From Candidatus Fervidifonticultor secundus (lineage in GTDB: Bacteria > Sysuimicrobiota > Sysuimicrobiia > Sysuimicrobiales > Humicultoraceae), in contig JAVKIP010000008.1 in NCBI GenBank assembly GCA_031459385.1, positions 1 to 64,000 on the forward strand: a stretch of 64,000 nucleotides of DNA, given 5' to 3'. Under the pieces are notes generated by a model, which saw only the letters and a program-made list of their open reading frames with translations, had not been told where the DNA came from and searched no databases. Below, piece after piece: positions 30,654 through 41,046 of this stretch (position 1 is the first letter of the stretch; the number at the start of each line of letters is the position of its first letter). The translations under genes and the position numbers were made by a program.

Positions 30654-31406
30654 CTAGATCATGGTGAGACCGCCGCCCACGCTGAGCGTCTGCCCGGTGA
30701 TGAACGACGCTCGCGCCGAGGCCAGGAAGAGCACGGCGTCGGCAACCTCCTCGGGCTGGGCCAACCGCTGCAGCGGCGTGGCGCGCACGATGGCCTGCAG
30801 GAGCTTCTCGTGGCCGTCGGCCATCAGCTGCCGGAGCAGCGGGGTGTCGGTGAGGCCCGGCGCGACCACGTTGACGCGGATGCCGTGGCGGGCCACCTCG
30901 CGGGCCAGCGCCTTGGTGAACGCGATCACCGCGCCCTTGGCGCCCGAGTAGACCGCTTCGCCCGACGAGCCGACCCGGCCGGCCTCGGAGGCGATGTTCA
31001 CGACGACACCGGCGCCGCGCGCGATCATGTGCGGGAGCACCACGTGGCAGGTGGCCAGCACGCCCCGGTAGTTGATGGCCATGACCCGATCCCAGAACTC
31101 CTCGGTGGTCTCCACGAAGGGCGCGATGCGGTCCCAGCCGGCGGCGTTGACCAGCAGGTCGATCTGCCCCCAGGCCGCCAGGACCTGCGCGACCCCTGCC
31201 GCGACGCTGGCGCGCTGCGTCACGTCCATCGCCACGGCTGCGGCCTCGCCGCCCCAGGCGCGGATCTCCTCCGCGAGGGCTGCGGCGCCGGGACCGTTGA
31301 CGTCCGCCACCGCCACCCGGGCGCCCTCGCGGGCCAGGCCCAGGCAGACGGCGCGGCCGATGCCGCTGGCGCCGCCGGTGACCAGTGCGACCCGCCCGTC
31401 GCTCAT
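30654..31406 (-). CDS. SDR dehydrogenase, BadH-like
   Basis: TGGASGIG, NAAGWD, SEAGRVGSSGEAVYSGAKG, GQTLSVGGGLTM resemble recalled BadH motifs. Confidence 0.78.
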   Translation of the reverse strand: MSDGRVALVTGGASGIGRAVCLGLAREGARVAVADVNGPGAAALAEEIRAWGGEAAAVAMDVTQRASVAAGVAQVLAAWGQIDLLVNAAGWDRIAPFVETTEEFWDRVMAINYRGVLATCHVVLPHMIARGAGVVVNIASEAGRVGSSGEAVYSGAKGAVIAFTKALAREVARHGIRVNVVAPGLTDTPLLRQLMADGHEKLLQAIVRATPLQRLAQPEEVADAVLFLASARASFITGQTLSVGGGLTMI

Positions 31407-32284
31407 GGGTGGCCGGCTGGCGCGCCCACGTCCAGGCGAAACAGCTCCGCGGCGTTGTCGCGGACCAGGCGGCGGTAGGCCTCGGGCCGCAGCCCCAGCG
31501 CCCGCAGCTGCGCCAGGCTCTCCTTCCAGGGCAGACCGTTGGTGCCCCACAGGCACCGCTCCTGGCCCAGCCGGCTGTTGATGAACTGCACGAGTTCGGG
31601 CTTGAGGTAGCGCGGCATCCACGCGTCGATGCCCAGCCACACGGTCTCCCACTTGTAGCAGACCGAGATCAGCTCCTCCACCCAGGGCCAGCCGGTGTGG
31701 GCGCCGACGACTTTCAGGGTGGGGAAGTCGCACAGGATGCGGTCGAGGTAGATCGGGCGCCCGTGCTCGGAAGGCATCCCCTCCAGCACGTGGCCGACCT
31801 GGACCGAGACCGGCACGTCGAGGGCCACGCACGTGGCGTACAGCGGGTACATCCGGCGGTCGTGCAGCGGGATGTCGAAGCCGTAGATGTGGACGTAGAC
31901 GCCGCGGAAGCCGAGGTCGCGCACGGCGCGCTCGATCTCCTGCAGGCTCTCGGTGATGCGGAAGGGGTTGTAGCCGGCCAGGCCGACGAACCGGTGGGGG
32001 TAGCGCGTCGTGTACTGCAGCACGTCCTCCAGCGTGGTGTCCATGTACATCCAGTGGTTGCGGTGCGACCACATCTTGCACTGCGTGATGCACACCTTGT
32101 CCACACCGGCGTCGTCCATGGCGGCCACCATAGCCTCCAGGCTGGGGAAGCTGGGCAGGCTGCCGCCCAGCGCCCGCTCCATGCGACAGACGAGCTCGCC
32201 CGCTTTGGCCCGGTTCCACCGCGCGATGAACTCAGGCGTGGCCACGTAGTACATGAAGTCGATGGCGCCGATCGGTTCGTCCAC
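31403..32284 (-). CDS. Amidohydrolase_2-fold protein with degenerate metal motifs
   Basis: MYPLYATC..LDVPV, FPTLKVVGAHTGWPW, LWGTNG; N-terminal HxH absent (IDFMYY). Confidence 0.75.
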   Translation of the reverse strand: MDEPIGAIDFMYYVATPEFIARWNRAKAGELVCRMERALGGSLPSFPSLEAMVAAMDDAGVDKVCITQCKMWSHRNHWMYMDTTLEDVLQYTTRYPHRFVGLAGYNPFRITESLQEIERAVRDLGFRGVYVHIYGFDIPLHDRRMYPLYATCVALDVPVSVQVGHVLEGMPSEHGRPIYLDRILCDFPTLKVVGAHTGWPWVEELISVCYKWETVWLGIDAWMPRYLKPELVQFINSRLGQERCLWGTNGLPWKESLAQLRALGLRPEAYRRLVRDNAAELFRLDVGAPAGHP

Positions 32285-32326
32285 AGGCTCCCTCCTCGAC
32301 GCGCGCCGTGGCAGTTCGGTCCGCGC

Positions 32327-33136
32327 TCAGGCCGTGGCGCGCTCGGCCAGCCGGCGCAGCCGCTCGTGTGCCAGACGGGCCGCGCCCATGGCGCCGGCGT
32401 AGACGCCCAGCGCGTCGGGCGGCACGCGGAACGTGACGTTCAGCGTCTCCTCCAGAGCCCGGCGCATGAGCGGCACGCGCGTCAGCCCGCCAGTCAGCGC
32501 GTAGGCGGGCTCGGCCCGCAGGCGCTTCACCAGCTGGGCGGCCCGCTCGGCCAGGGCTACCAGCGCGCCGGCGCAGACGTCCTCGGGGCTGCGGCCCGCC
32601 ACCAGGTGGTTGATGACCTCGCTCTCGGCGAACACGGCGCAGATGCTGGAGACGACGGCAGGGGCGGTGGCGGCATCGGCCAGCCGCGCGATGTCGGCGG
32701 GCTCGTAGCCCATGTACCGCACGGTCTTTTCGAGGAAGGCCCCGCTGCCCGCCGCGCACTTGTCGTTGAGGCGGAACGTCTTCACCCGCCCCCGCTCGTC
32801 CAGGCGGATCGCCTTCACGTTCTGCCCGCCGATGTCCAGGACTGTGCGCACGTCGGGGTAGAGGCCGTGGATCGCCCATGCCTGTGCCGTCAGGTCGGTG
32901 ACCGCTACGTCCCGCAACGGCACCATGTGGCGGCCGTAGCCCGTGGCCGCGACGTACGCCACGTCCTCGCGCCGGCACCCTGCGGCCTCCAGCGCCGCCT
33001 CCAGCGCCCGCTCGGCGGCCCGCGCGAAGTTGAAGCCGCTGGCGACCATCGCCCGCCCCACGATGGCGCCCGCGCCGTTGGCCAGCACCACCTTGGTGTA
33101 CGATGCGCCGGCGTCGATGCCGGCGGTCAGCGTCAC
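32327..33136 (-). CDS. Benzoyl-CoA reductase / HgdC-type ATPase activator subunit (BcrD/BzdP-like)
   Basis: [40 protein letters not shown]. Confidence 0.85.
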   Translation of the reverse strand: MTLTAGIDAGASYTKVVLANGAGAIVGRAMVASGFNFARAAERALEAALEAAGCRREDVAYVAATGYGRHMVPLRDVAVTDLTAQAWAIHGLYPDVRTVLDIGGQNVKAIRLDERGRVKTFRLNDKCAAGSGAFLEKTVRYMGYEPADIARLADAATAPAVVSSICAVFAESEVINHLVAGRSPEDVCAGALVALAERAAQLVKRLRAEPAYALTGGLTRVPLMRRALEETLNVTFRVPPDALGVYAGAMGAARLAHERLRRLAERATA

Positions 33137-33975
33137 GGCCCGTCCCCTCCTGCGGCGGGCACCCCGGCCGGCAGCGCCGCGGGGGCCGGCCCGCCGGCTG
33201 TGATGTGGTCCAGCGCGAACAGGGCCGCGCCGATGGCCCCGCAGTAGTGCGACTCGTCGCTGACGTTCACCGGCGCCCCCACCATCTCGCCGATGAGCTT
33301 GACCATGGCCACGTTGCGCGACACGCCGCCAGTGAAGGTGAGCTCGGGGTGGATGCCCACCCGGCGGACCAGGGAGATGCTGCGGGCGGCGATGGCGGCG
33401 TGCACGCCCATCAAGACGTCTTCGACCTTCCGCCCCCGCGCCAGCCACCCCAGGATCTCCGACTCGGCGAACACGGTGCAGGTGTTCGTGATAGCCACCG
33501 GGTGCCGGGCGGTGAGCGCCAGCGGCCCCAGCTCGCCCAGCGGGAGGTCCAGGGCCGCCGACGCCGCACCCAGGAAGCGCCCGGTGCCGGCCGAGCACTT
33601 GTCGTTCATGCAGAAGTCGAGCACCTGGCCCGCCTCGCCAACGCGGATCGCCTTGGTGTCCTGGCCGCCGATGTCGAGCACGGTGCGCGTGCCGGGGAAG
33701 AGGAAGACCGCGCCCCGGGCATGGCAGGAGATCTCGGTGACCTGCGTGTGGCCGAACTCCACGCGGAAGCGGCCGTAGCCTGTGCCCACGATGTAGGCCA
33801 CGGTGCGCTCGCTCACATCGGCGTCCTCCAGGGCCAGCTGGAACGCCTGCCGGGCGGCCTCGGTGAGGCGAGCGCCGGTGTCCACGATGCCACGACCCAG
33901 GATGCGCCGCTGCGGGTGCAGGACGACCGCTTTGGTCTGCGTGGACCCCACGTCGACCCCGGCGACGACGGTCAC
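33133..33975 (-). CDS. Benzoyl-CoA reductase ATPase activator subunit (BcrA/BzdQ-like)
   Basis: [46 protein letters not shown]. Confidence 0.87.
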   Translation of the reverse strand: MTVVAGVDVGSTQTKAVVLHPQRRILGRGIVDTGARLTEAARQAFQLALEDADVSERTVAYIVGTGYGRFRVEFGHTQVTEISCHARGAVFLFPGTRTVLDIGGQDTKAIRVGEAGQVLDFCMNDKCSAGTGRFLGAASAALDLPLGELGPLALTARHPVAITNTCTVFAESEILGWLARGRKVEDVLMGVHAAIAARSISLVRRVGIHPELTFTGGVSRNVAMVKLIGEMVGAPVNVSDESHYCGAIGAALFALDHITAGGPAPAALPAGVPAAGGDGP

Positions 33976-33979
33976 GACC

Positions 33980-35269
33980 TCACCTCCCCGCGCCGACCTT
34001 GCGGGCGGCCAGCGCCTCGAAGAACGCGTCCACCCGGTTCTTGATCTGCGCGTCCGACCACAGCCGCGCGTCGACCAGGTCGGACTGGATGAACAGCCCC
34101 GGCACGTCGTGCTGGATGCGCAGCCACTCCCGCACGTCGGGCAGACCGGTGGAGGTGGTCCGGCACGACTTGACGCCGTGGAGGCAGATGCCGTCCACGG
34201 CCCAGTCGCGCACCGCACCGGCGAGCCACTCCTGGGGATAGAACATCGAGCCGGTGAAGCCCCACCAGGCCGCCTGGAGCATCTGCTCGGCCAGGCTCTC
34301 CAGGGGGCGCGCCAGGTCGTAGCCGAAGCCCGGGATGAACCCGCCCCCGGCGAAGATCATGTAGGTGCTGAGCACGAAGACGCCGCCCCACGACTCGAAC
34401 AGTTCCACGAACCGCTTGAAGTGCGTGTAGCATGCGGTCCCCGCCAGGAGCAGCCGGAACTTCTCGTCGGCCACGGTGCCCAGGCCCAGGCGCACGCGCT
34501 CGCGCAGTTCGTCCCGGGCCAGCGCGAAGAACCGGGTGCCCTCCGGGGTACCCCGGTACAGGTTGGCGATTCCCTGGTAAGTGATGCCCTCGCGGGCCGC
34601 GTTGAACGGCGCTGGCCGCTGGCGGTTGAGCGCCAGCACCTCGTGGTAGGCGGTGGCCATGCGGTTCGTCTCGGCCATGGCCTCGCGGAGCCGGTCGATG
34701 TCGAAGGGCCGGCCCGTGACCCGCTCGCACAGTGCGATCAACTCGCGCAGCTGCCCTTCCACGTAGCGGCGGTCGCTCTGGAAGGCCGGGTCAGCGGGGT
34801 CAGGCGTCGCGCCGCCGCCGCGCCAGGCCGGCAGGTCCAGCACGAAGACCGGGCACCGGTAGTAGTGCTCCCAGAACTCCGCCCACTTGACGTAGGTGTT
34901 GCACATGTTGGTGACCAGGACCAGCGCGGGGGGCGGCACGCGGCCGTGGGGGTGCTCGCCGCCCTTGAGCTGCAGCCCCACGTCCACCTTGACGTAGCCG
35001 CAGATATCCGGGGAGAAGCCGTAGTCCTCTGCGGCCTGCAGGTACGTCATGGACTGCCCGCGTACCGCGGTCTGCAGCGCGGTGACCTCAGGGAAGTTGA
35101 TGACGAAGTCGAAGACCCGCAGGATCTCGTTGAAGGAGCCCATCACGAAGACGTAGGCGGCAGGCCGGCCGCCGCCTGCCGCGCCGGTCATCTCCTGCCA
35201 CCAGCCATCCAGCAGCCGGCGGCTCTCCTTGCGGGTGGCGCCGACCAGGTCCTGGGCCTGCGTGGTCAT
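33980..35269 (-). CDS. Benzoyl-CoA reductase subunit B (BcrB/BzdO-like; HGD-D family)
   Basis: [44 protein letters not shown]. Confidence 0.82.
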   Translation of the reverse strand: MTTQAQDLVGATRKESRRLLDGWWQEMTGAAGGGRPAAYVFVMGSFNEILRVFDFVINFPEVTALQTAVRGQSMTYLQAAEDYGFSPDICGYVKVDVGLQLKGGEHPHGRVPPPALVLVTNMCNTYVKWAEFWEHYYRCPVFVLDLPAWRGGGATPDPADPAFQSDRRYVEGQLRELIALCERVTGRPFDIDRLREAMAETNRMATAYHEVLALNRQRPAPFNAAREGITYQGIANLYRGTPEGTRFFALARDELRERVRLGLGTVADEKFRLLLAGTACYTHFKRFVELFESWGGVFVLSTYMIFAGGGFIPGFGYDLARPLESLAEQMLQAAWWGFTGSMFYPQEWLAGAVRDWAVDGICLHGVKSCRTTSTGLPDVREWLRIQHDVPGLFIQSDLVDARLWSDAQIKNRVDAFFEALAARKVGAGR

Positions 35270-35284
35270 CGTCGGTCCCCGTCC

Positions 35285-36445
35285 TCAGGCGAACTCGAAG
35301 AGCAGCGACTCGGCAAACGTCTCGACCTGGATCCCGACCTGCTCGAAGGTCGCCATCGTCTCTTCGAACTCCAGCACCAGGTAGGGCACCCCGGCGGCCT
35401 CCAGCGCGCGGGTGTAGTGCACCTGCTCTTCCAGCCCGGGCTCGCACATCTTGGGTGCCGCGACGATGACGGCGTCGGCGCCCGCGTCGCGCACCCGCTG
35501 GAGCAGCATCTCGGCTTTGGGCTTGCGCGGATCGTGTTGCACCGGGCTGTAGCTGGACGCGTTCAGGTAGGCCCACGCCAGGTTGGCCAGCGGGTCGCCG
35601 TCGGTGGCGACGTCGTCCTGCAGCCAGCGCAGCCCGATGAGGAGGTCGTCGTCGACGATGTAGCAGGCGTCCTGGATCACGGCCAGCATGTCCAGCGGCG
35701 GCTGCTCGCAGTAGCCACCCTCGAAGACCACGCGGATGCGGTCCTGCCGCCGGGCCGGCCGCTGCGGCACCAGGTCCAGAACGCGCCGCAGCAGCTCGTT
35801 GTGGGCTTCCCGCGGCATCACCGCGCCCGCGCGGGCCAGCACGTAGGCCTCCAGCGCCGACAGCAGCCAGGGCGTCTCGCGCTTGACGCGGTAGAGCGCG
35901 CGCAGCAGGCGGCGGTTCTCGTTGAACAGCGCGATGCTGGCCCGCAGTCCGTCGGCGGTGACCGTCCGGCCGGTGGTCTGCTCGATCAGCCGCAGCACCC
36001 GCCCGTACTCGCCGGCGAGGTAGTCTACCGCGTGCGGGGAGGCGGCGTTCTGCGGGAGGTAGAGCACCTGGGTGGTCAGGTGGGGGAAGTTGCGGACCCA
36101 CACCCCGCAAGCGTTGCGCACCGCGTCGCAGATCGAGGGGATGACGAAGAGCGAGAGGAAGTCCAGGCGGCCCGACAGCGCCAGCTCGAGGGACGAGCGA
36201 ACGATGGAACAGACGAAGGCAGCGATGCGGGCGTCGGCCTGGCGAATCTGGACGGTGCTGCCCGCCCCCATGATCTTCACGGGCAGCATCCCGGCGGCGT
36301 GGGCGAGTTCCTCGGGAAAGTAGACCTGGAAGTGGCCCAGGACCCTGCCCTCGGGATGGTCAGCCAGCCAGCGTCGGACCGCGGGGAAACTCGGATCCTC
36401 GACCAGAGCCCGGCAGTCGTCGATGATGCGCTCCAGGTCACCCAT
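35285..36445 (-). CDS. Benzoyl-CoA reductase subunit C (BcrC/BzdN-like)
   Basis: YFPEELAHAAGMLP, FVCSI, SICDA.RN, GGYCEQPP, VDDDL, KMCEPGL, ETFAES. Confidence 0.85.
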   Translation of the reverse strand: MGDLERIIDDCRALVEDPSFPAVRRWLADHPEGRVLGHFQVYFPEELAHAAGMLPVKIMGAGSTVQIRQADARIAAFVCSIVRSSLELALSGRLDFLSLFVIPSICDAVRNACGVWVRNFPHLTTQVLYLPQNAASPHAVDYLAGEYGRVLRLIEQTTGRTVTADGLRASIALFNENRRLLRALYRVKRETPWLLSALEAYVLARAGAVMPREAHNELLRRVLDLVPQRPARRQDRIRVVFEGGYCEQPPLDMLAVIQDACYIVDDDLLIGLRWLQDDVATDGDPLANLAWAYLNASSYSPVQHDPRKPKAEMLLQRVRDAGADAVIVAAPKMCEPGLEEQVHYTRALEAAGVPYLVLEFEETMATFEQVGIQVETFAESLLFEFA

Positions 36446-36543
36446 CGAGATCTCCCTGGCCCCCCATGTGCCGTCCGACCCGCCGGCCGGTCTCCGGTGC
36501 GGGCCCCTGGCAGGCCATGCCGCCCTGTCCTTTGCCCTCTCTT

Positions 36544-36563
36544 TTAACTGACCGGTCAGTCAA
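36544..36563. promoter_or_regulatory. Palindromic operator in the putative promoter of the reductase operon
   Basis: ttaACTGACCGGTCAGTcaa; on the minus strand it fills a 17-nt spacer between TGGACG (-35-like) and TAAAAG (-10-like). Confidence 0.65.
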
Positions 36564-37750
36564 CGTCCATCGGGTGGAGAACCGATTTTGCACAGCCTGA
36601 CGAAGGCATAGCCCTCCATCAACCGACGGGCAGTCCTGGCGTATGCGGCCCGGAGGACCTGCCAGTCTCCCCTAGGCCCCGGCCGCGCATCCGCCGCTAC
36701 GACCATGATGCCGCTGGGATGTCCAAGGCGGATGCGGTCTCCCCCGCCCGTCCGGGCCACCGCGGCCGGTACGCTCCCCGGGAGCACGGCAGCGACGGCG
36801 GCACACGCGGCCGCCGTTCCGGGGAACGCCTTGTGCAGCACAGGCGGTCGCCCGCCCGCCAGGCGGACCAGCAGGTCGACCGACCGGGCCTCCACGGTGG
36901 CACCCCGTAGGGTGGCAAACGGGGCGGGCGGCGCTACCGCCACCGGCAGTGGCACAAGACCGTCACGGGGCACACCCAGCCGGCCCGCCGCTGCCTCCTT
37001 GACGGCCATCATCGCCTCCAGCATGCGTGCGGTGAACGTCTGCGGCCCCTCGGTGCCGCTCATGCCCGCGGCCCGGGCCGGGAAGAAGACGCAGAGGTTG
37101 GCCAGGTCCACGATGGTGACCTCTACCGGACCGAGTCCTGCGACCGGGAGGACATCGCGCACGGCTCCGGTGGGGAGGAGACGGCCCGTGGCGGCGCCGG
37201 CGGCGCCGGCGAAGTCCAGCAGGATCTCCGCCCCTGGATCCGGCACACCGTCCACGACGCAGTCGCCTTCAACGGCCGGACGGCCGCTGCGAACCGGCAC
37301 CAGCGCCGTGTAGACCTTTCCGGTGTTGGTGTTGTGCACCCGCACCGGCGTCAGCGGCTCGGCCGGCCGCACGAACCCTTCTTCGACGGCGTATACGCCC
37401 ACGGCAGCCGAGAGATTGCCGCAGTTGATGTCGTAGTCGACCACCGGCTCGGTGATGCTGACCTGGCCAAAGGTGTAGTCCACGTCGGCGTCGGGGCGCG
37501 TGGGGGGGCCGATGATCGCCACCTTGCTGGTGAGGATGTCGGCACCGCCCAGCCCGTCGATCTGGCGGGGGTCAGGGCTGCCGAACAGCGCCAGAATCAC
37601 GCGGTCGCGCAGGGCCGGGTCGGCTGGCAGGTCGCCGGTTCGCAGGAAGACGCCCTTGCTGGTACCTCCGCGCATGAGCACGCACCGGACCGGCACCTGC
37701 TCGCCGACCATCGGCAGTGCCGCGGGGGAGGCCCGAACGGCCCGCGCCAC
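36560..37750 (-). CDS. PrpF / methylitaconate-isomerase family protein
   Basis: MRGGTSKG, GSPDPRQIDGLGG...TSKVAII, NCGNLSAAVG, HPSG, RTARRLMEG. Confidence 0.9.
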   Translation of the reverse strand: MARAVRASPAALPMVGEQVPVRCVLMRGGTSKGVFLRTGDLPADPALRDRVILALFGSPDPRQIDGLGGADILTSKVAIIGPPTRPDADVDYTFGQVSITEPVVDYDINCGNLSAAVGVYAVEEGFVRPAEPLTPVRVHNTNTGKVYTALVPVRSGRPAVEGDCVVDGVPDPGAEILLDFAGAAGAATGRLLPTGAVRDVLPVAGLGPVEVTIVDLANLCVFFPARAAGMSGTEGPQTFTARMLEAMMAVKEAAAGRLGVPRDGLVPLPVAVAPPAPFATLRGATVEARSVDLLVRLAGGRPPVLHKAFPGTAAACAAVAAVLPGSVPAAVARTGGGDRIRLGHPSGIMVVAADARPGPRGDWQVLRAAYARTARRLMEGYAFVRLCKIGSPPDGR

Positions 37751-37821
37751 GACGTCCACCTCCTTGTCTGTTCCTCCAAATGGCGCCCGGTGGCCCCGGT
37801 CGGGACCGTGCGCCGGGCGGT

Positions 37822-38964
37822 TTATGCGGCGGCGATCAGCACCGTGCACGCCGCGCCCTCGATGCCTGCGGCTTTGCCCCCGCGGCAGTGAGCCAGACCC
37901 ACCCGCGCCCGGGCGATCTGGCGGGCGCCGGCCTCGCCGCGGATCTGGCGGACGAGTTCGACCACCTGCGCCACGCCGGTCGCCCCCAGCGGATGTCCCT
38001 TGCCCAGCAGGCCGCCGCTGGGGTTGATCGGGCGCCGGCCGCCCAGCGACGCTTCCCCGCGCTCCAGCGCGGCCGGGTAGGCTCCCGGCGGCCACAGCCC
38101 CAGCCCTTCTACCCGCAGGATCTCCGCGATGGAGAAGCAGTCGTGGACCTCGGCAAAGTCGACGTCGTCGGGGCCCACGCCGGCCTGCTCGTAGGCCACC
38201 CGGGCGGTGCGCGCCGTGAGCTCCTCGAACGCCATCGAGCCAGGAGTGGCCTCCACGGCCCCAGTCTGCAGGGCGGCCGCCCGCAGCCGCACGGTGCGGC
38301 TGCGGCCCACCTGGTCCGCCACCCGGTCGCTGCACAAAATCGCGGCGGCGGCGCCGTCGCTCACCGGGGAGCAGTCCAGCAGGCCCAGGGGATCGGCGAT
38401 CGGCCGCGCGCCCAGCACCTCCTCCAGCGTCACGGCTTTCTGGAACTGGGCGAGGGGGTTGCAGCTGGCGTTGTGTTTGTTCTTAACCGACACCAGGGCG
38501 ATCTGCCGGCGGGTGGTGCCGAACTCGGCCATGTGGCGTCGCGCGCGCATGGCGTAGACCGCCGGCATCGTGAGGCCCACGGCCGCCTCCAGGTCGTCCT
38601 CGCCAGGGGTGAGCGCGCCGCGGAAGCGCGACGTCAGGTGCTCGACGCCCACCGCCAGAACCACGTCGTGAGCTCCCGCGGCGATGGCCAGCGCGGCCTC
38701 GCGGACGGCGACGGCGCCGCTGCTGCAGGCGTCTTCCACGTTGGTCAGCGGGATGCCGGCCAGTCCCACCTGCGCCAGGACCCGCTGGCCGGTCACCATA
38801 CCCTGGAAGACGTGCCCGCAGTAGGCGGCCTCGATGCGCCGCGGGTCGATGCCGGCATCGCGGACGGCCTCCAGCACCGCATCTGCGCCCAGGTCGACCG
38901 CTGTGCGGTCGGTGTGCTTGCCGAACTTCGTCATGCCCACGCCGAGGATCCAGACCTCACCCAT
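37822..38964 (-). CDS. SCP2-type thiolase, BbsB-like
   Basis: NVEDACSSG (Cys), HDCF, GHPLGATG; GMVTGQ, YAMRA and GxExAACT recall benzoylsuccinyl-CoA thiolase. Confidence 0.85.
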   Translation of the reverse strand: MGEVWILGVGMTKFGKHTDRTAVDLGADAVLEAVRDAGIDPRRIEAAYCGHVFQGMVTGQRVLAQVGLAGIPLTNVEDACSSGAVAVREAALAIAAGAHDVVLAVGVEHLTSRFRGALTPGEDDLEAAVGLTMPAVYAMRARRHMAEFGTTRRQIALVSVKNKHNASCNPLAQFQKAVTLEEVLGARPIADPLGLLDCSPVSDGAAAAILCSDRVADQVGRSRTVRLRAAALQTGAVEATPGSMAFEELTARTARVAYEQAGVGPDDVDFAEVHDCFSIAEILRVEGLGLWPPGAYPAALERGEASLGGRRPINPSGGLLGKGHPLGATGVAQVVELVRQIRGEAGARQIARARVGLAHCRGGKAAGIEGAACTVLIAAA

Positions 38965-39436
38965 CGCGCACCTCCCTCGCCACGTCCTGTCCGTGGGGGA
39001 CCTGGCACGGGTAGCCCCGGTAGGCCAGCACCGGCCGGCCATCGGACGTCGCCCGCACGGGCTCGACGCGGAGGTCCACCGGTGCGCCGATGCGGACGTC
39101 GCTCGGGTCGATGTCGGCCAGGGGCGCCAGGACCCGTACGCCGTCGGGCAGGTCGACGTATGCCAGGACGTAGGGCGTGGGGAACTCCGGCGTCGACTGG
39201 TGCACCACGGTGTAGGTGTAGACGGTGCCGCGCGAGGACAGGCCGACGACCTCCAGGTCGGTGGCCAGACATCGCGCGCAGACCAGACGACGCGGGAAGT
39301 AGCAGGCCCCGCAGCGCGGGCAGCGGCTGCCCGCCAGGCGCAGCCGCCCGCCCTCGTCAGGCACGAACAGCCCCGGCCGCAGAGGGACCGGCGCTGCAGC
39401 CGTCGCCGCCTGGTGCGCGGCCGCCGGTTCGCTCAC
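38957..39436 (-). CDS. Zn-ribbon/OB-fold (DUF35) thiolase partner, BbsA-like
   Basis: CPRC...CARC, TPYVLAYVDLP..VRV; overlaps the thiolase start. Confidence 0.87.
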   Translation of the reverse strand: MSEPAAAHQAATAAAPVPLRPGLFVPDEGGRLRLAGSRCPRCGACYFPRRLVCARCLATDLEVVGLSSRGTVYTYTVVHQSTPEFPTPYVLAYVDLPDGVRVLAPLADIDPSDVRIGAPVDLRVEPVRATSDGRPVLAYRGYPCQVPHGQDVAREVRDG

Positions 39437-39437
39437 C

Positions 39438-40214
39438 TCAGATCACCTCCACCAGGCGCCACCGGGACGCGGCACGCTCCACCGCCCGCAGCGCCGCGTC
39501 GATGGCCCAGATCATGGCCAGCAGCACGGTCAGACCCGCCAGGACATCACGGGCGTTGAACATCGACTGAGCGAACGCCACCACCACCCCTACGCCGCGG
39601 GAGGCGCCGACGTACTCCCCGACGATGGTCCCGGCCAGGGCAAACCCCATGGTGACGCGCACGGTGCCCAGCAGCCACACCGCCACGGCCGGCAGGTAGA
39701 CGTGCCACAGCAACTGGACGCGGCGGGCGCCGAGCACACGGGCGGCGTGCACCACGTCGCGGTCCACCGCGGTGACCGCGGCATGGGTGTTGAACGCGGC
39801 CACGAAGAAGACCAGGGTGACGACCAGGACGATGCGGGGCGCCGCGCCCACACCCAGCCACAGCACCAGGAGCGGGTAGAGGATCACGCGCGGGACGGCG
39901 TTGCCGGCGGCCAGGAATGGCAGCACGATGCGAGTGGCCCGGGGCGAGGCAGCCAGGGCCCCACCGACCGCGGCACCCAGCGCCACCCCCAGCGCCAGTC
40001 CGCTTAAGGTCACGGCCAGCGTGGCGGTCACGTGCGGCAAAATGTAGCCCGAGGCCACCCAGGCGGCCGCCCGAACCAGGATCGCCGACGGGGTGCTCAC
40101 GTAGAACGGGTCGATGGCCCCCGCGCGCACCCCGGCCTCCCACGCAGACAGCAGGCCGGCCGCAGTGGCCACCCGCGCCAGAGCCAGGAGCGCCCGCCGG
40201 CTAGGTGCGCCCAT
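39438..40214 (-). CDS. NitT/TauT-type ABC permease
   Basis: NAVPRVILYP, GEYVGASRGVG. Confidence 0.88.
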   Translation of the reverse strand: MGAPSRRALLALARVATAAGLLSAWEAGVRAGAIDPFYVSTPSAILVRAAAWVASGYILPHVTATLAVTLSGLALGVALGAAVGGALAASPRATRIVLPFLAAGNAVPRVILYPLLVLWLGVGAAPRIVLVVTLVFFVAAFNTHAAVTAVDRDVVHAARVLGARRVQLLWHVYLPAVAVWLLGTVRVTMGFALAGTIVGEYVGASRGVGVVVAFAQSMFNARDVLAGLTVLLAMIWAIDAALRAVERAASRWRLVEVI

Positions 40215-41046
40215 GGGCAGCCAGGACCTCGTCGCGCAGGTCGGTCCAGATGCGCCGGTAGGTGGCCACGAACGCCTCGCTGCCCCGTACCTCGGTCACG
40301 TCGCGGGGACGGGGCAGGTCCACGGGATAGGCGGCCTTCACGCGGCCCGGCCGGCGGGTCAGCACGATCACGCGGTCGGCCAGGGCGATGGCTTCCTCGA
40401 GGTCGTGGGTGACGAACAGGATGGTGCTGCGGGCCTCGGCCCACAGCGCCAGCAGCTCGTTCTCCATCAGGTTGCGCGTCTGCACATCCAGGGCTGCGAA
40501 CGGCTCGTCCATCAGGATGATGGCCGGACGGTAGACCATGGTCATGGCCAGGGCGACGCGCTTGCGCATGCCGCCCGAGAGCTGCGAGGGGTAGTGGTGC
40601 TCGAACCCGGCCAGGCCGATGCGGTGCATCCACTCCCGGGCGGCCGCGCGGGCGCGGGCAGCGGGGGTCCCGCGCAGAACCAGCGGGAGCGCGACGTTGT
40701 CCAGGGCGGTCTTCCACGGCAGCAGGGTGTCGCGCTGGAAGACGTAGCCGATGCGGCCGGGCTGCAGCCCGGTGCTGGGCGCGCCGAAGATCCGTACCTC
40801 CCCCGCCGAGGGGCGCAGCAGGCCGCAGATCAGGTGGAGCAGCGTCGACTTGCCGCACCCCGACGGCCCGACCACCGAGACGAACTCGCCGGGCGCCACG
40901 CGGAATGACACGTCGGCCAGGGCGGACACCAGCGTGCCGCTCCCCGCAAACGTGCGGGCGAGCCGGTCTGCCTCGATGGCCGGCAGGGAGGGTCTGGCGT
41001 CTGCGGCGGAGAGCGGTGCGGCCGTCGCCGGCGCCTCAGCCTTCAT
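40201..41046 (-). CDS. NitT/TauT-type ABC ATPase
   Basis: GPSGCGKS, LSGGMRKR, MDEPFAALD, THDLEEA. Confidence 0.92.
   Translation of the reverse strand: MKAEAPATAAPLSAADARPSLPAIEADRLARTFAGSGTLVSALADVSFRVAPGEFVSVVGPSGCGKSTLLHLICGLLRPSAGEVRIFGAPSTGLQPGRIGYVFQRDTLLPWKTALDNVALPLVLRGTPAARARAAAREWMHRIGLAGFEHHYPSQLSGGMRKRVALAMTMVYRPAIILMDEPFAALDVQTRNLMENELLALWAEARSTILFVTHDLEEAIALADRVIVLTRRPGRVKAAYPVDLPRPRDVTEVRGSEAFVATYRRIWTDLRDEVLAAHGRT

Noticed and set aside
33803..36547. Very long opposite-strand or alternate-frame ORFs (also 583-1926, 21662-23665, 27920-30187, 42061-44676 and others)
   Set aside because: Shadow ORFs of GC-rich genes: Arg/Gly/Pro-rich, no motifs, and overlapping well-supported genes
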